Assembly: GCA_002269645.1 (NCBI GenBank)
Contig: NIVC01000033.1
Span: forward strand, 361,335-425,334
DNA length: 64,000 nucleotides
Direction: 5' to 3'
Source: Macrostomum lignano
Taxonomy: Eukaryota
The translations under genes were made by a program, and so were the position numbers. The notes beneath the pieces are model-generated. The model was not told the DNA's origin and did no database searches. It saw only the letters and a program-made list of their open reading frames with translations. Below are positions 13,559 through 64,000 of the stretch, piece by piece. Position 1 is the first letter of the stretch; each line of letters opens with the position of its first letter.

Positions 13559-14249
13559 GGCAGTGCAATAGAATCTGGTGTCAATGCGTGCTTGTTGAAG
13601 TTCAAGACAGCAGGTGCTCTGTGCCATCGGCCGCCCGTCACACCCTGACATTCTCAGCATATCCGCTGTAGAAAAGCTTGGGTGGAAATTCCAGTAGCCA
13701 TAAAATTATTATTGTTGAATAATTTGCGCACACGGTGAGCACCATTAAGCTGCAGACTTCTGCAGGCGGCGGCAGCGGTGGTTAAATTTCATGCCGGCGA
13801 GCCTTCCTGACGTCTTCCTTCCCTGCCATTCCGCTGGCTGTCACAGGCGTTTGTGGAAAAAAATAAACTCCCTTCAGGACTCATTGAGATTCCACACTCC
13901 GCTCTTCAAGCCAACTGTCAGCTACTCAGCCAGCCGTCCGACCGGCCTCCCCAACTCTTTTATGCTTGCTGCTTCTATCAGCAGAAGACGCGGCTTGGCC
14001 TGGCTTTAAATGCTTCTGCACTTGGCTATAATAAGTTGAGCTCAGAGATTCAATTTCCGGCCCAGATTCTGCTGCTCTATCCCAGTCTGTTTTCACCCAT
14101 TGCAGTCTGTCTCTTCAAGGACTTCTTTCACAAACGATTATTCCAAATTAATTGAGAAAAAATTATTGAAGCTTTCATTATTGAAACACTAATTCGGGGT
14201 TTGTACACAAAAACATTGACCGGGGAGTTCTCGTGCCATTCATGAGGGC

Positions 14250-14372
14250 CAGTCCTCAAAAGTACAGAGAGTGTACGTGCCTGACGATTCGAAAGTCATG
14301 GCTGCTGTGCACTCCTGTGTGAGCGAGTGCATATGAGTACGTGCCCTTGTATCCGGTGCTCAGGAGTCAGGG
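14250..14372 (+). mobile_element. fragment of dispersed repeat family B (probable SINE)
   Basis: CTGACGATTCGAAAGTCATGGCTGCTGTGCACTCCTGTGTGAGCGAGTGCA matches 41860-41917 (reverse complement) and 54480-54535. Confidence 0.6.
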
Positions 14373-14918
14373 GAATGGTTGTGTGGCGAAATTTCCGATA
14401 GTTTGCCACCTTGGTGCTTTTTTCGCGTCAGACATGATTTCATATTTTGTATCCATGATGATCCTCAGACGGAGACGCCTGGCACTTTGATCCCCAAGTG
14501 GATAGCTATGGTTTACGCATTACCCAATCTCACAATGTCAATAGATCCAGATCTGCTTCAACATTGACTCTATCGAGAAGAAGCCACCAGGAAATTGCTT
14601 GGAACAAATCGATTGATTGAACAAACGGGCTCTTCTGTAGGGGGGGGTCTTGAATTTCCAGTAGAATTTATTGACGAGATGCCTGTCAGATTTTTTTCTC
14701 GTGAATTTTAACTGCTGATTTATTGCCTGTTGGAATCCAGATAGTTGCAAGTTATTTACAGTGTCCAGAGTGTAATCTTCTAGTGGAGTAGAAGTAGACA
14801 CTGGACTCGATTCAAGGTTGGCCAAGCTGCGTACTAACCGTAACCAAGTCTGCTTAACTTGCATGGTGCATTTTGGTAGAGTTCATCTGCATATAAATGG
14901 TTGATACTCTAACTCTAA

Positions 14919-15764
14919 CTCCTCTGACTTGAGTAGTCCCTGCTCCTCTAACTTGAGTAGTCCCTGCTCCTCTAACTTGAGTAGTCCCTGCTCCTCTAAC
15001 TTGAGTAATCCCTGCTCCTCTAACTTGAGTAGTCCTTGCTCCTCTAACTTGAGTAGTCCCTGCTCCTCTAACTTGAGTAATCCCTGCTCCTCTAACTTGA
15101 GTAGTCCTTGCTCCTCTAACTTGAGTAGTTCCTGCTCCTCTAACTTGAGTAGTTCCTGCTCCTCTAACTTGAGTAGTCCCTGCTCCTCTAACTTGAGTAG
15201 TCCCTGCTCCTCTAACTTGAGTAATCCCTGCTCCTCTAACTTGAGTAGTCCCTGCTCCTCTAACTTGAGTAGTCCCGGCTCCTCTAACTTGAGTAGCCCT
15301 TGCTCCTCTAACTTGAGTAGCCCTTGCTCCTCTAACTTGAGTAGTCCCTGCTCCTCTAACTTGAGTAGTCCCTGCTCCTCTAACTTGAGTAGTCCCTGCT
15401 CCTCTAACTTTAGTAGCCCTTGCTCCTCTAACTTGAGTAGTCCCTGCTCCTCTAACTTGAGTAGTCCCTGCTCCTCTAACTTGAGTAGTCCCTGCTCCTC
15501 TAACTTGAGTAATCCCTGCTCCTCTAACTTGAGTAGTCCCTGCTCCTCTATAACTTGAGTAGTCCCTGCTCCTCTAACTTGAGTAGTCCCTGCTCCTCTA
15601 ACTTGAGTAGTCCCTGCTCCTCTAACTTGAGTAGTCCCTGCTCCTCTAACTTGAGTAATCCCTGCTCCTCTAACTTGAGTAGTCCCTGCTCCTCTATAAC
15701 TTGAGTAGTCCCTGCTCCTCTAACTTGAGTAGTCCCTGCTCCTCTAACTTGAGTAGTCCCTGCT
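14919..15764. repeat. 24-bp minisatellite, about 35 copies
   Basis: Unit AACTTGAGTAGTCCCTGCTCCTCT. Confidence 0.97.
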
Positions 15765-18700
15765 TCAGCCGGACTCGACGGCGCTAACTCGATTTCGCCA
15801 GCTCTCCCAGCCACTGCCCCTCTGATAGCCTTTGTGCAACGGGAGCTCTTGGACGGAGACACAGCCTGGCCTGGCAACAAAGGCGACTAGGAGGACCGAA
15901 CAAATAAGATTAGCGAGGCAAAGCGAGAGAGAGGGAGCCCGCCGAGCCAAAGAGGGGGAAAATTAGTCGGGTAGCTGTTGGGATTAAACAAGTGAGAAGG
16001 GAATGATTTTGCCAGTGGACGGCTTCAGTCTTCAGTGACGCGGGGAGCCTTCATTAGCCAAACGGTATAGCTGAGTCGCGTGGATGCTCACAGAAAGCTA
16101 TTTTGGCAAGCTAAAATAAGTGAGGTGAGAGCGCTCTGTTTACCAGGTGCAGCTGTAAGTGGGTTACGTCAGGCATTGGAGGTGATTTAGTTCTATTCTT
16201 TAGTTTAGTTCTTAGTCACTATTTTGGTGTCATCAATAACCTAAAAATAGACTCGGTACACTAATTCCAGTCTATAAGGTATTCCAAAAACTTCAAGCTG
16301 CCTTAACTAAAGCCTGAGCCGCAGAAACGTGAGCGCAGTTGTTTAAACTGGGGATACTCGACAAGCTTAAGTCTTCCTAACGAGCAATAGTCAGCAACCC
16401 CGACTGACCACAGTCCTTGAAGTCCTTTAAAGACTCTTGGGGTCTCTTTGCTGACTTTTCAAGTTAAAACTGTACACAGCCGCCCGCTAGATGTGGATGT
16501 ATAACAGCAACAACAAAAACGCTGTCAGTCACTGGGCGCGCCTCTGGACACAGTCCGCAGCACCTCCTGCACCGGCTCCTGCTCCTACGACTCGGCGCGG
16601 ATGAAGTCGCCTGCCAGCTGTTGTCGCCGACGGCGCAACAGACCGTTTTGACGGACCAAGCGATGGAGTGCCGATCTTGAAGACGACACGCAGCTGGTCA
16701 CGGCAGTTTGAACGACTCTGTCAGCTGGAATGGCTTTGCAAAGCAGACGTGAAGATGTTGAACACCTTGCTTGAGTCTTACTTGCAGAAAGAAGTACATT
16801 GATTGGCAGCGGAAGGCACCACTTTTACACAAAATGTTTTAAACCAGTGTTCCCAGTGCAGTGTGCAGTATGACTAAGAAATTTTATTAGTTGCTGGAAG
16901 GCGAAAAATCGATTTCCACAGGCGATTCGGGTTGTAAAAAATTGCAGCAGAAGACAGTCGGAGCAGGAAAATGAAATCAGATCGAGACGGCCCTGCCCCA
17001 GCAACAGGCAACTCCCCGGTAGTGCTTGCTTTGCCCAGCGCCGCTTTCCTGTTTGCATGGGCTTTCTTCTCTAGGAAATCTTCCACTCGGGAAGCGTAGG
17101 AAAGATTCGACTGTAAATCTGGGCTCGTTACCATGCCCCCCTCCAATCCCATTCGGCATGTTTACTCTCTCTCTCCACTACCAGCACGGTCGGGTGGGGC
17201 AAATGACGCACTGAATTATGCAAGCTGGCTGCGGGCTTTATATGAAACAAAGAAGAGCGACCGCCTCCCGTGCCAGCTGGGTAATCAGATGCGCAGAGTC
17301 GGGCGGGTTTTCTGCTTTCGGTTTTCTTCGGTTGTCTTCTAGTGCTGCCCTGGTGTGAATGCTCGGAGCAGAGTACCGGCTAAGTACAGAGTTGTTTTGA
17401 AGCTCAGCCAACCCGTCAAAGATAACGCAGAATTTTATCGATGTGAAACAGAATTTCTGCATCTATTAAGCAAAATTAGAGATTAAAAGAAATATTGAAT
17501 TGAGGCCTTCAGAGCGACCTATCGGCGACTCCCGCTGGCAGGCCACATTATCTGCTGCAGGCAACTTATCGGCGAGGACATTCGGAGTTTCGTAGACTGC
17601 CTGCTGACTGACGCCGGCGCCCAGGACTCAGTAGACTTCACGGCTATTTTAGTTTCTGTTGGATGGAGGCAGAGTTTGAGAAGTTTTCTCTGGTCGCGTA
17701 GCCAGAAATCATTATTTTTCCAGTGCGATCACCGATTGCAACCAGCCGAGGACTAATTAACGATATCAAAATTCGTCCGTGATTGCAACCACGAGCTGAC
17801 TACTCTAGGAGTGCACTTTCACTCAAGTATCAAGCCAGGGGCAGCCGATGCCTACTAGCGAGTGTTCTGGGTGAAGACTGACATGTTTATTGAGGCCAGG
17901 GCATTGCAGACGCCAGTCCCATCCCAGGCCGTTTATTAAAAGAACTGCAGCTCTGTCAGATTCATCCCGTAGTCCGGCGCAGGGTCCCCGGATGCAATAA
18001 GACGGAAAATAAATAGGATCAGGGATTGCTTCGGGGTTTTTCTTCAGCAGCTTTGTCGCCCGCATTAATGGAGGCCGGCTGTGCAAGCAGGGCATTGGGG
18101 CGCAGCTTGAGACAGCGATGGCAGACTGGGGAGACTGGGGAGCAAGTGATGAAGGATGAGCACGGACTAAAATGGGGTAGGTAGATCCACCGGTGCATTG
18201 GCGCAGGTAAGGGAAAAGCGGGTAGGGAGCTCACAGTGTGACGGAGTCTGGGAAGCGAAGGTAAGAGGTTGTGGCTAAATCTGAGCAAGAATAAAAGGAA
18301 ACACACTGAAGAGGCGGTGCTCCCATCTGCCACCAGTCCGGCTGAGCAGAAGCAGATGCTGCTAGGAAGCTCTCAAGAACGAGGCTGGTGAGCAAATAGT
18401 TTATATTCTCCGTCCGTGCGGCTGTCACAGCTCCAGGGGTCGGGGAGTGGCCCATAGGAGCATGTCCATTGGGCAAACACACTGTCGCGAGCTTGAATGT
18501 GCCGATATAAACCGCGCGTTGCTATCCATCCATCTGTTTCTCTCGCCCCGAAGGATTCGTGAATAATATGGGGCAGAAATGACTCCCAGCGGACCCTCGC
18601 ATTCGGGTCGATGCGCTTAGCAGAGGGGCGAGGGATTCGTTGGGCCAGGTGAAAATAATTTCAACTATTCTCTAAAATAAGCCAAACCAGCAGCTCTCAA

Positions 18701-18860
18701 ATAGAATCCCTATTTGCGAAGTTGTTTTTATACTTCTGACAGGCAGTGGAAAATGACTCGTTAAATTTTGCTTTTGACTGGCAATCAGCGCCCCCTTTAT
18801 GGAGCCAATAAAGAATGGAATAAACATTTTTCAATCAACTAAATTTAGTTTTTGAACTCT

Positions 18861-20285
18861 AAGCCTTGACATCTCAGCAATCCCCCTGTAAGCCTTGACA
18901 TCTCAGCAATTCCCCCTGTAAGCCTTGACATCCCAGCAATTCCCCCTGTAAGCCTTGACATCTCAGCAATCCCCCCTGTAAGCCTTGACATCTCAGCAAT
19001 TCCCCCTGTAAGCCTTGATATCCCAGCAATTCCCCCTGTAAGCCTTGACATCTCAGCAATCCCCCCTGTAAGCCTTGACATCTCAGCAATTCCCCCTGTA
19101 AGCCTTGACATCCCAGCAATTCCCCCTGTAAGCCTTGACATCCCAGCAATCCCCCCTGTAAGCCTTGACATCTCAGCAATTCCCCTTGACATCTCAGCAA
19201 TCCCCCCTGTAAGCCTTGACATCTCAGCAATTCCCCCTGTAAGCCTTGACATCCCAGCAATTCCGCCTGTAAGCCTTGACATCCCAGCAATCCCCCCTGT
19301 AAGCCTTGACATCTCAGCAATTCCCCTTGACATCTCAGCAATCCACCATGTAAGCCTTTAAATCCCAGCAATCCCCCCTGTAAGCCTTGACATCTCAGCA
19401 ATCCCTTCTGTAAGCCTTGACATCTCAGCAATTCCCCCTGTAAGCCTTGACATCCCAGCAATCCCCCCTGTAAGCCTTGACATCTCAGCAATTCCCCTTG
19501 ACATCTCAGCAATCCACCATGTAAGCCTTTAAATCCCAGCAATCCCCCCTGTAAGCCTTGACATCTCAGCAATCCCTTCTGTAAGCCTTGACATCTCAGC
19601 AATTCCCCCTGTAAGCCTTGACATCCCAGCAATCCCCCCTGTAAGCCTTGACATCTCAGCAATTCCCCTTGACATCTCAGCAATCCCCCCTGTAAGCCTT
19701 GACATCCCAGCAATCCCCCCTGTAAGCCTTGACATCTCAGCAATTCCCCTTGACATCTCAGCAATCCCCCCTGTAAGCCTTGACATCTCAGCAATCCCCC
19801 CTGTAAGCCTTGACATCTCAGCAATCCCCCTTGTAAGCCTTGACATCTCAGCAATCCCCCTGTAAGCCTTGACATCTCAGCAATTCCCCTTGACATCTCA
19901 GCAATCCACCATGTAAGCCTTTAAATCCCAGCAATCCCCCCTGTAAGCCTTGACATCTCAGCAATTCCCCTTGACATCTCAGCAATCCCCCCTGTAAGCC
20001 TTGACATCTCAGCAATCCCCCTTGTAAGCCTTGACATCTCAGCAATCCCCCTGTAAGCCTTGACATCTCAGCAATTCCCCTTGACATCTCAGCAATCCAC
20101 CATGTAAGCCTTTAAATCCCAGCAATCCCCCCTGTAAGCCTTGACATCTCAGCAATTCCCCTTGACATCTCAGCAATCCCCCCTGTAAGCCTTGACATCT
20201 CAGCAATCCCCCCTGTAAGCCTTGACATCTCAGCAATCCCCCTTGTAAGCCTTGACATCTCAGCAATCCCCCTGTAAGCCTTGAC
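18861..20285. repeat. 30-bp minisatellite with 21-bp truncated units; resumes at 21134-21178
   Basis: Unit AAGCCTTGACATCTCAGCAATCCCCCCTGT. Confidence 0.97.
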
Positions 20286-21133
20286 GGGTAGCTAGATTAA
20301 GCGCGCCAGGAACAAGCGCGCATTTTCGCACATATTTTACATGGTTCGGAATAAGCGCGCAAATGATGATTTTAACTGACTGACTGCAGGGGCCTGAAAT
20401 TTTCAAGGGCATGGGCCTTTAGGCTCAATATCTGACTGACTGGCCACAGTTGGCTCTCTCGGCTTCTGATTGGCTGCAGGGGAGAGGGGTGCAATGTACA
20501 GTGCCCAGCGCATGGAGCGTGCAAATCAGGTTGTGGGCCTGATATGACTTACACTTTCAATTACACTTTCAATTGCGGCGTTTAAAAGCCGATTACACTG
20601 CGATCAAATTATTCAGTGTTACTTCCAGCTATGGAGTGCATAGAAGGAAACCGTCGCGGTTCAAAACCTTTTGTAAAGGACGAATTCGTCTGTCGAAAAG
20701 ACCGTGGCAGAGATAGAAGCAAAGTCGGTTTCCGCTGCTGCGACAAGCACTGTCCTGGTCGCCTACTGCAGCATCAAGACGGTAGCCTGAGTGTGACATC
20801 AGTCCACAATCACGAAGCAGAGGGACAGCGTCTGGAGCTTCTGCACTTAAAGAGTAGACTTTTAGCTTTTAGCTTTTAGCAATTTTAACTTTGTAACCTT
20901 GCTTCGTCTTAAATACATAGTTTAAATTCGCCTTTAATCTTAGTTCTGTTGAATATCTGTGCGCGCTTATTCCAGGACTTTTAAAAAACGTTGCGCGCTC
21001 TTTCCTGTACCTAGGAATATGGATGCGCGCTTATTACAGTATTTTGATATATCGCAGCGCGCTTATTCCAACATTTTTCCGTGCGCGCTTGTTCCCTGCG
21101 CGCTTATTCCTGGCGCGCTTAGTCAGCCCTCCC
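20286..21133 (+). mobile_element. non-autonomous MULE/Mutator-like DNA transposon (848 bp) carrying a FLYWCH-like fragment
   Basis: Imperfect TIRs starting GGG with core TAAGCGCGCCAGGAA(C/T)AAGCGCGCA; subterminal GCGCGCTTATTCC repeats; 8-bp duplication GCCTTGAC (20278-20285 and 21134-21141); ORF 20616-20879 RRGSKPFVKDEF...FRCCDKHCPGR...HNH. Confidence 0.72.
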
Positions 21134-23437
21134 GCCTTGACATCTCAGCAATTTCCCCAGTAAGCCTTGACATCTCAGGCACAAATCCACTAGGCTTGTT
21201 GGGAGAAATATTTTTGTCAGTGCGTACGCCTAAAAGGGAGCTGAACGAATTGCAATACTGAACAATGTTCTCATTGTCGCCCTGAGAACGTGATGTTAAG
21301 AGGTGACAAGAAGCAAGCCCCCCTCTGCATGTATCATAAATAGTCTTGTAAGTTAACAAAATGCCCCTGCTCGCAAGCCGGCTAGCATTAGTATGACTAT
21401 ATTAATAAATTTGTATAACTATAATTACAAACGTTATACATTAACAAATTATATAGGACTTAAGGAGCCGCGCCGCTTTTCATTTTCAGAACAGAGGAGG
21501 TTCCCTCAAATAATTCCGTGTCGCATTGACTTCATCCATTATCAGGATTTCGTATCGCTCTTTTAGTCCGCCAGAAGAAGAAGAGCGTATTTCATGCCTT
21601 GCTTGACATACAGAATAGGCATATTTTCCTTTTACTAAGAAAATCCTTTTCCCGAGAGCCCTCCACAAACTGGCCGAATAGGCAGGTGCCCACTGAAAAT
21701 GCATTATGGAGGGACAACAAGGAAGACTCGAAACTACTTGAAAGTGCAATCCAGGCGGCATCTCCGCGGCGGGCCAGCGAGTGTTTATGGGAGGAACAGG
21801 CGGGCTCTCGGGGGCCAGCAACTTGCGTGTCCTCTCATCTACTCGAGGCAGGGGGGGACTCGGGGGAGTTGGAGCCACTTCGAATCCTTCGGCAGCTGCG
21901 GCCGCGGCTTCATCCAAGAATTCTAATCGCGAGCCGCGGCCCTGGAAGAATTGGAGACGCCCGCCAGGGGAAAGACGGTTTAGGGGGCGCCGCATTCCGG
22001 CTTTTTTCCATAATAGGCGGCAGGTTTTGCAGCTCGGGCCTCAGCTTTTAGCCGCCTTCTCTCCCCCCTCTCATCTCCTTCCTCTCCTCTCCGACGTGGG
22101 CCGCCCCCCATCCGCGCTCAGTTTGATTGCGGTGTGCAAAAATGCAATTACTGATCAAGCTGGAGAGAGCGAAGAAGGTATGCGAGTGAACTCAGCCTTA
22201 GGGGGCCGGGCGGGGCGCCAACCAGAGTGGGAGAGTCTGCTTAGGAAACTGCGGCTTACAGTTGCCGTCTTCTCTTTTCTGTACCTATTTTTTTTAGTCA
22301 GTGGCAGGATTGCTCGCATGCTTATTGCTTGGACTCTAAAAAATAAATGCAATAGCTGAAGAGAGAGAGGGGGAGAGAGAGTGGGAGCAGCGGGAGATGC
22401 CGGTAGGAGACTGAAACCTTCGTGAATTTATTCCACCATATCCGCGTGCATGCATGGCTGAGGACGCAGATTGGCCCGCATCTCCCCGTGCCTCTGCAAT
22501 GATGGCTCCAGCCTCCAGTGCGGTGCATTTTTATTAGCAGGTTGGGGCAATCATTTATTCTGCCTGGGGCCGCTCGGGTGCCTGTTTGCATTGGAAATGC
22601 AGCCCGCGGCTCCCCAACTAATTTGCGCGCATCTCAATTTTTCATCGTTTTCGATTTCTCTGCGTTCTTCTTTTAACCAGCCAGCTGGTTGAATTCCGTG
22701 ACTGGGAGCTCGCGCGGACCGTCGCAAGCGGATTAAGCTGGCAGCGATTGTCGTGTGCCGAGATTAAACCAACAACCCTCAAGCTGAGTAGGGAAAAGTA
22801 AAGAAAAATGTAAAAAATGAAAACTCAATCGCACAAAAAGCGTCCACTCACGCGGACGGCAAGCAGCGAGTGTTTGATTTGGTTTTTTTGTAATTTTTCA
22901 TTTTTCCCTCTAGAAGGACCACCAGAAGCTTTCTGGCTTTTGACAATGGAATCAGTTTTGCTGATTCTGCCGTAGTCACAATGTCTGGCTGATTTTCAAA
23001 TCAGATTCAGTTACATTTTTATTGAACTGTTTTTGAGCCCCCTTTTTATTCTCTGCTGGCAGATTCCACATTCCATGACGCATTCTCGGCAGGTAACTAC
23101 CTAACCTACTCTTGTAACCAATTGGTGAGAGCTTTGCAGGGACTTCTGCATGACGGGTAAACTCGATTTTAAAAAGCTAAACAAATCCATATTCACTAAA
23201 ATTGAAAGATAAATAGGAGATGGAAATCCAAGTTATGTTGAGAAACTTCGTCCAAGTCTGGTTCGCTAACTAAATGCAGATGGTGACGCCTCTTATCTAT
23301 CAAGGTGACGCATGTCGATGTCTATGGGTAAAAGGGTGTTGCATAGAAACTTGACGGTAACCACCACAGGGCGGTAAATTACACAACTTTGAAATACCAT
23401 AACCATAACAAAATCTCAACAGCTTTCGCGGGACCGA

Positions 23438-23518
23438 AACCCGAATCCGAACCCGAACCCTAACCCTAACCCTAACCCTAACCCTAACCCTAATCCTAAC
23501 CCTAATCCTAACCCTAAT
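23438..23518. repeat. interstitial telomere-like (CCCTAA)n, degenerate
   Basis: CCCGAA units grading into TAACCC units with TAATCC variants. Confidence 0.9.
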
Positions 23519-23823
23519 ACGAGAAAAATGATAGCTGGATAGGAAAAGCATAATTTAGGCTTAATAATTGCCGTTCTGTTTAACTACCACGGCGGTTTTT
23601 CCCGAACGTAAGTCGATAAGCTTGTGAAGCCGCGCAACACAGAGGCACTTTTTCCTCCTTGCAGGCGACTTCCCCTAACCCGGCCGGCGCCACCTGACTG
23701 CGGCGTCGCGGTAGCACCGAGAACGGCGTCGTCGAAGTCGGCCTCCGCAGCAGCAGCAGCCGCCGTAGTCGGAGCGGCGAAACCGGCGCCGCTGGTCGCT
23801 GAGTCGGACGCGTCGACAAGGCG

Positions 23824-62999
<39,176 letters not shown>

Positions 63000-63133
63000 G
63001 TAAGGGCTTGTGTCGTGATAGCCTGACTATTGCTTAAAGCAAAATCACAATTTTTATTTCATGAAAGTGAAATTGTATAAAGCCAGAATGCCTTTCTTGA
63101 ATTTTACTTTAATTGGAATTTAAATATTTTCTC

Positions 63134-63660
63134 CACCCACCTCACTCCCGTCCCCACGACCCTTTATTTATATACCCACCTCACTCCCGTCCCCACGACC
63201 CTTGATTTCTACACCCACCTCACTCCCGTCCTCACGACCCTTGATTTCTACACCCACCTCACTCCCGTCCCCCACGACCCTTGATGTCTACACCCACCTC
63301 ACTCCCGTCCCCACGATCCTTGATTTCTACACCCACCTCACTCCCGTCCCCCACGACCCTTGATGTCTACACCCACCTCACTCCCGTCCCCACGATCCTT
63401 GATTTCTACACCCACCTCACTCCCGTCCTCACGACCCTTGATTTCTACACCCACCTCACTCCCGTCCCCCACGACCCTTGATGTCTACACCTACCTCACT
63501 CCCGTCCCCACGATCCTTGATTTCTACACCCACCTCACTCCCGTCCCCCACGACCCTTGATGTCTACACCCACCTCACTCCCGTCCCCCACGACCCTTGA
63601 TGTCTACACATACCTCACTTCCGTCTCCCACGACTATTGTTTATTCCATCCACCTCACCT
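63134..63660. repeat. 39/40-bp C-rich minisatellite
   Basis: Unit ACACCCACCTCACTCCCGTCCCCACGACCCTTGAT(T/G)TCT. Confidence 0.95.
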
Positions 63661-64000
63661 TCTTTTGATTCACCCGTACTTTCTCCACCCCTGACTCCGT
63701 ACCCACCAGCCTCTCAATTAGTTTTTTTAAATGATGACATCTATCAGGCATTATAGATAAAGTATATATTGCTTGTATTTGCTTAATATGCCACTATTAA
63801 AGTGTCTATTGCCAAAAATGCCACATGCTTGCCAACAATTTTAGCAGCTCATTGCTCTATATGCCGTTATTAAGCAATTCAAGATGTGATTTCATTATTA
63901 CCTTATAAAAGTTTCACCACCTGCTTACATAAAAAGATTATATTTACCAAGAGTACCAAGATAAACAAGTCAAACAGTCAAGTCCCCTAGCAGCTTTGAA

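Noticed and set aside
16500-16800. GC-rich coding-like patch
   Set aside because: Stops occur in all + frames examined and no family could be recognised.

Overview
Eukaryotic (invertebrate metazoan) genomic DNA. The long (GATA)n/(GACA)n arrays and GC-rich coding style would fit a free-living flatworm such as Macrostomum, but this is an unverified inference. The window has three parts. (1) 0.3-7.2 kb: two tandem, mutated Ngaro/DIRS-type tyrosine-recombinase retrotransposons. (2) 7-23 kb: micro/minisatellites, SINEs and a small MULE-like element. (3) 23.8 kb to the end: the 5' part, through IVS1, of a + strand Cav2-type voltage-gated calcium channel alpha-1 gene (cac/unc-2/CACNA1A-B-E family), reconstructed exon by exon with consistent splice phases. 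The main finding is four clusters of tandem duplicated, apparently mutually exclusive exons: 2x IS3b-S4, 3x IIS3b-S4, 2x domain II pore-S6 and 2x domain III turret-pore, giving 24 combinations, plus a possible alternative N-terminus. Both domain II pore exons end in U12-type donors (GTATCCTT) and share one U12 branch site, which suggests exclusivity enforced by major/minor spliceosome incompatibility. The gene also has an AT-AC intron. A complete, very compact Ty3/Gypsy element with LTRs identical by eye sits in a minisatellite in one intron. All calls were made by eye; no database searches were run.
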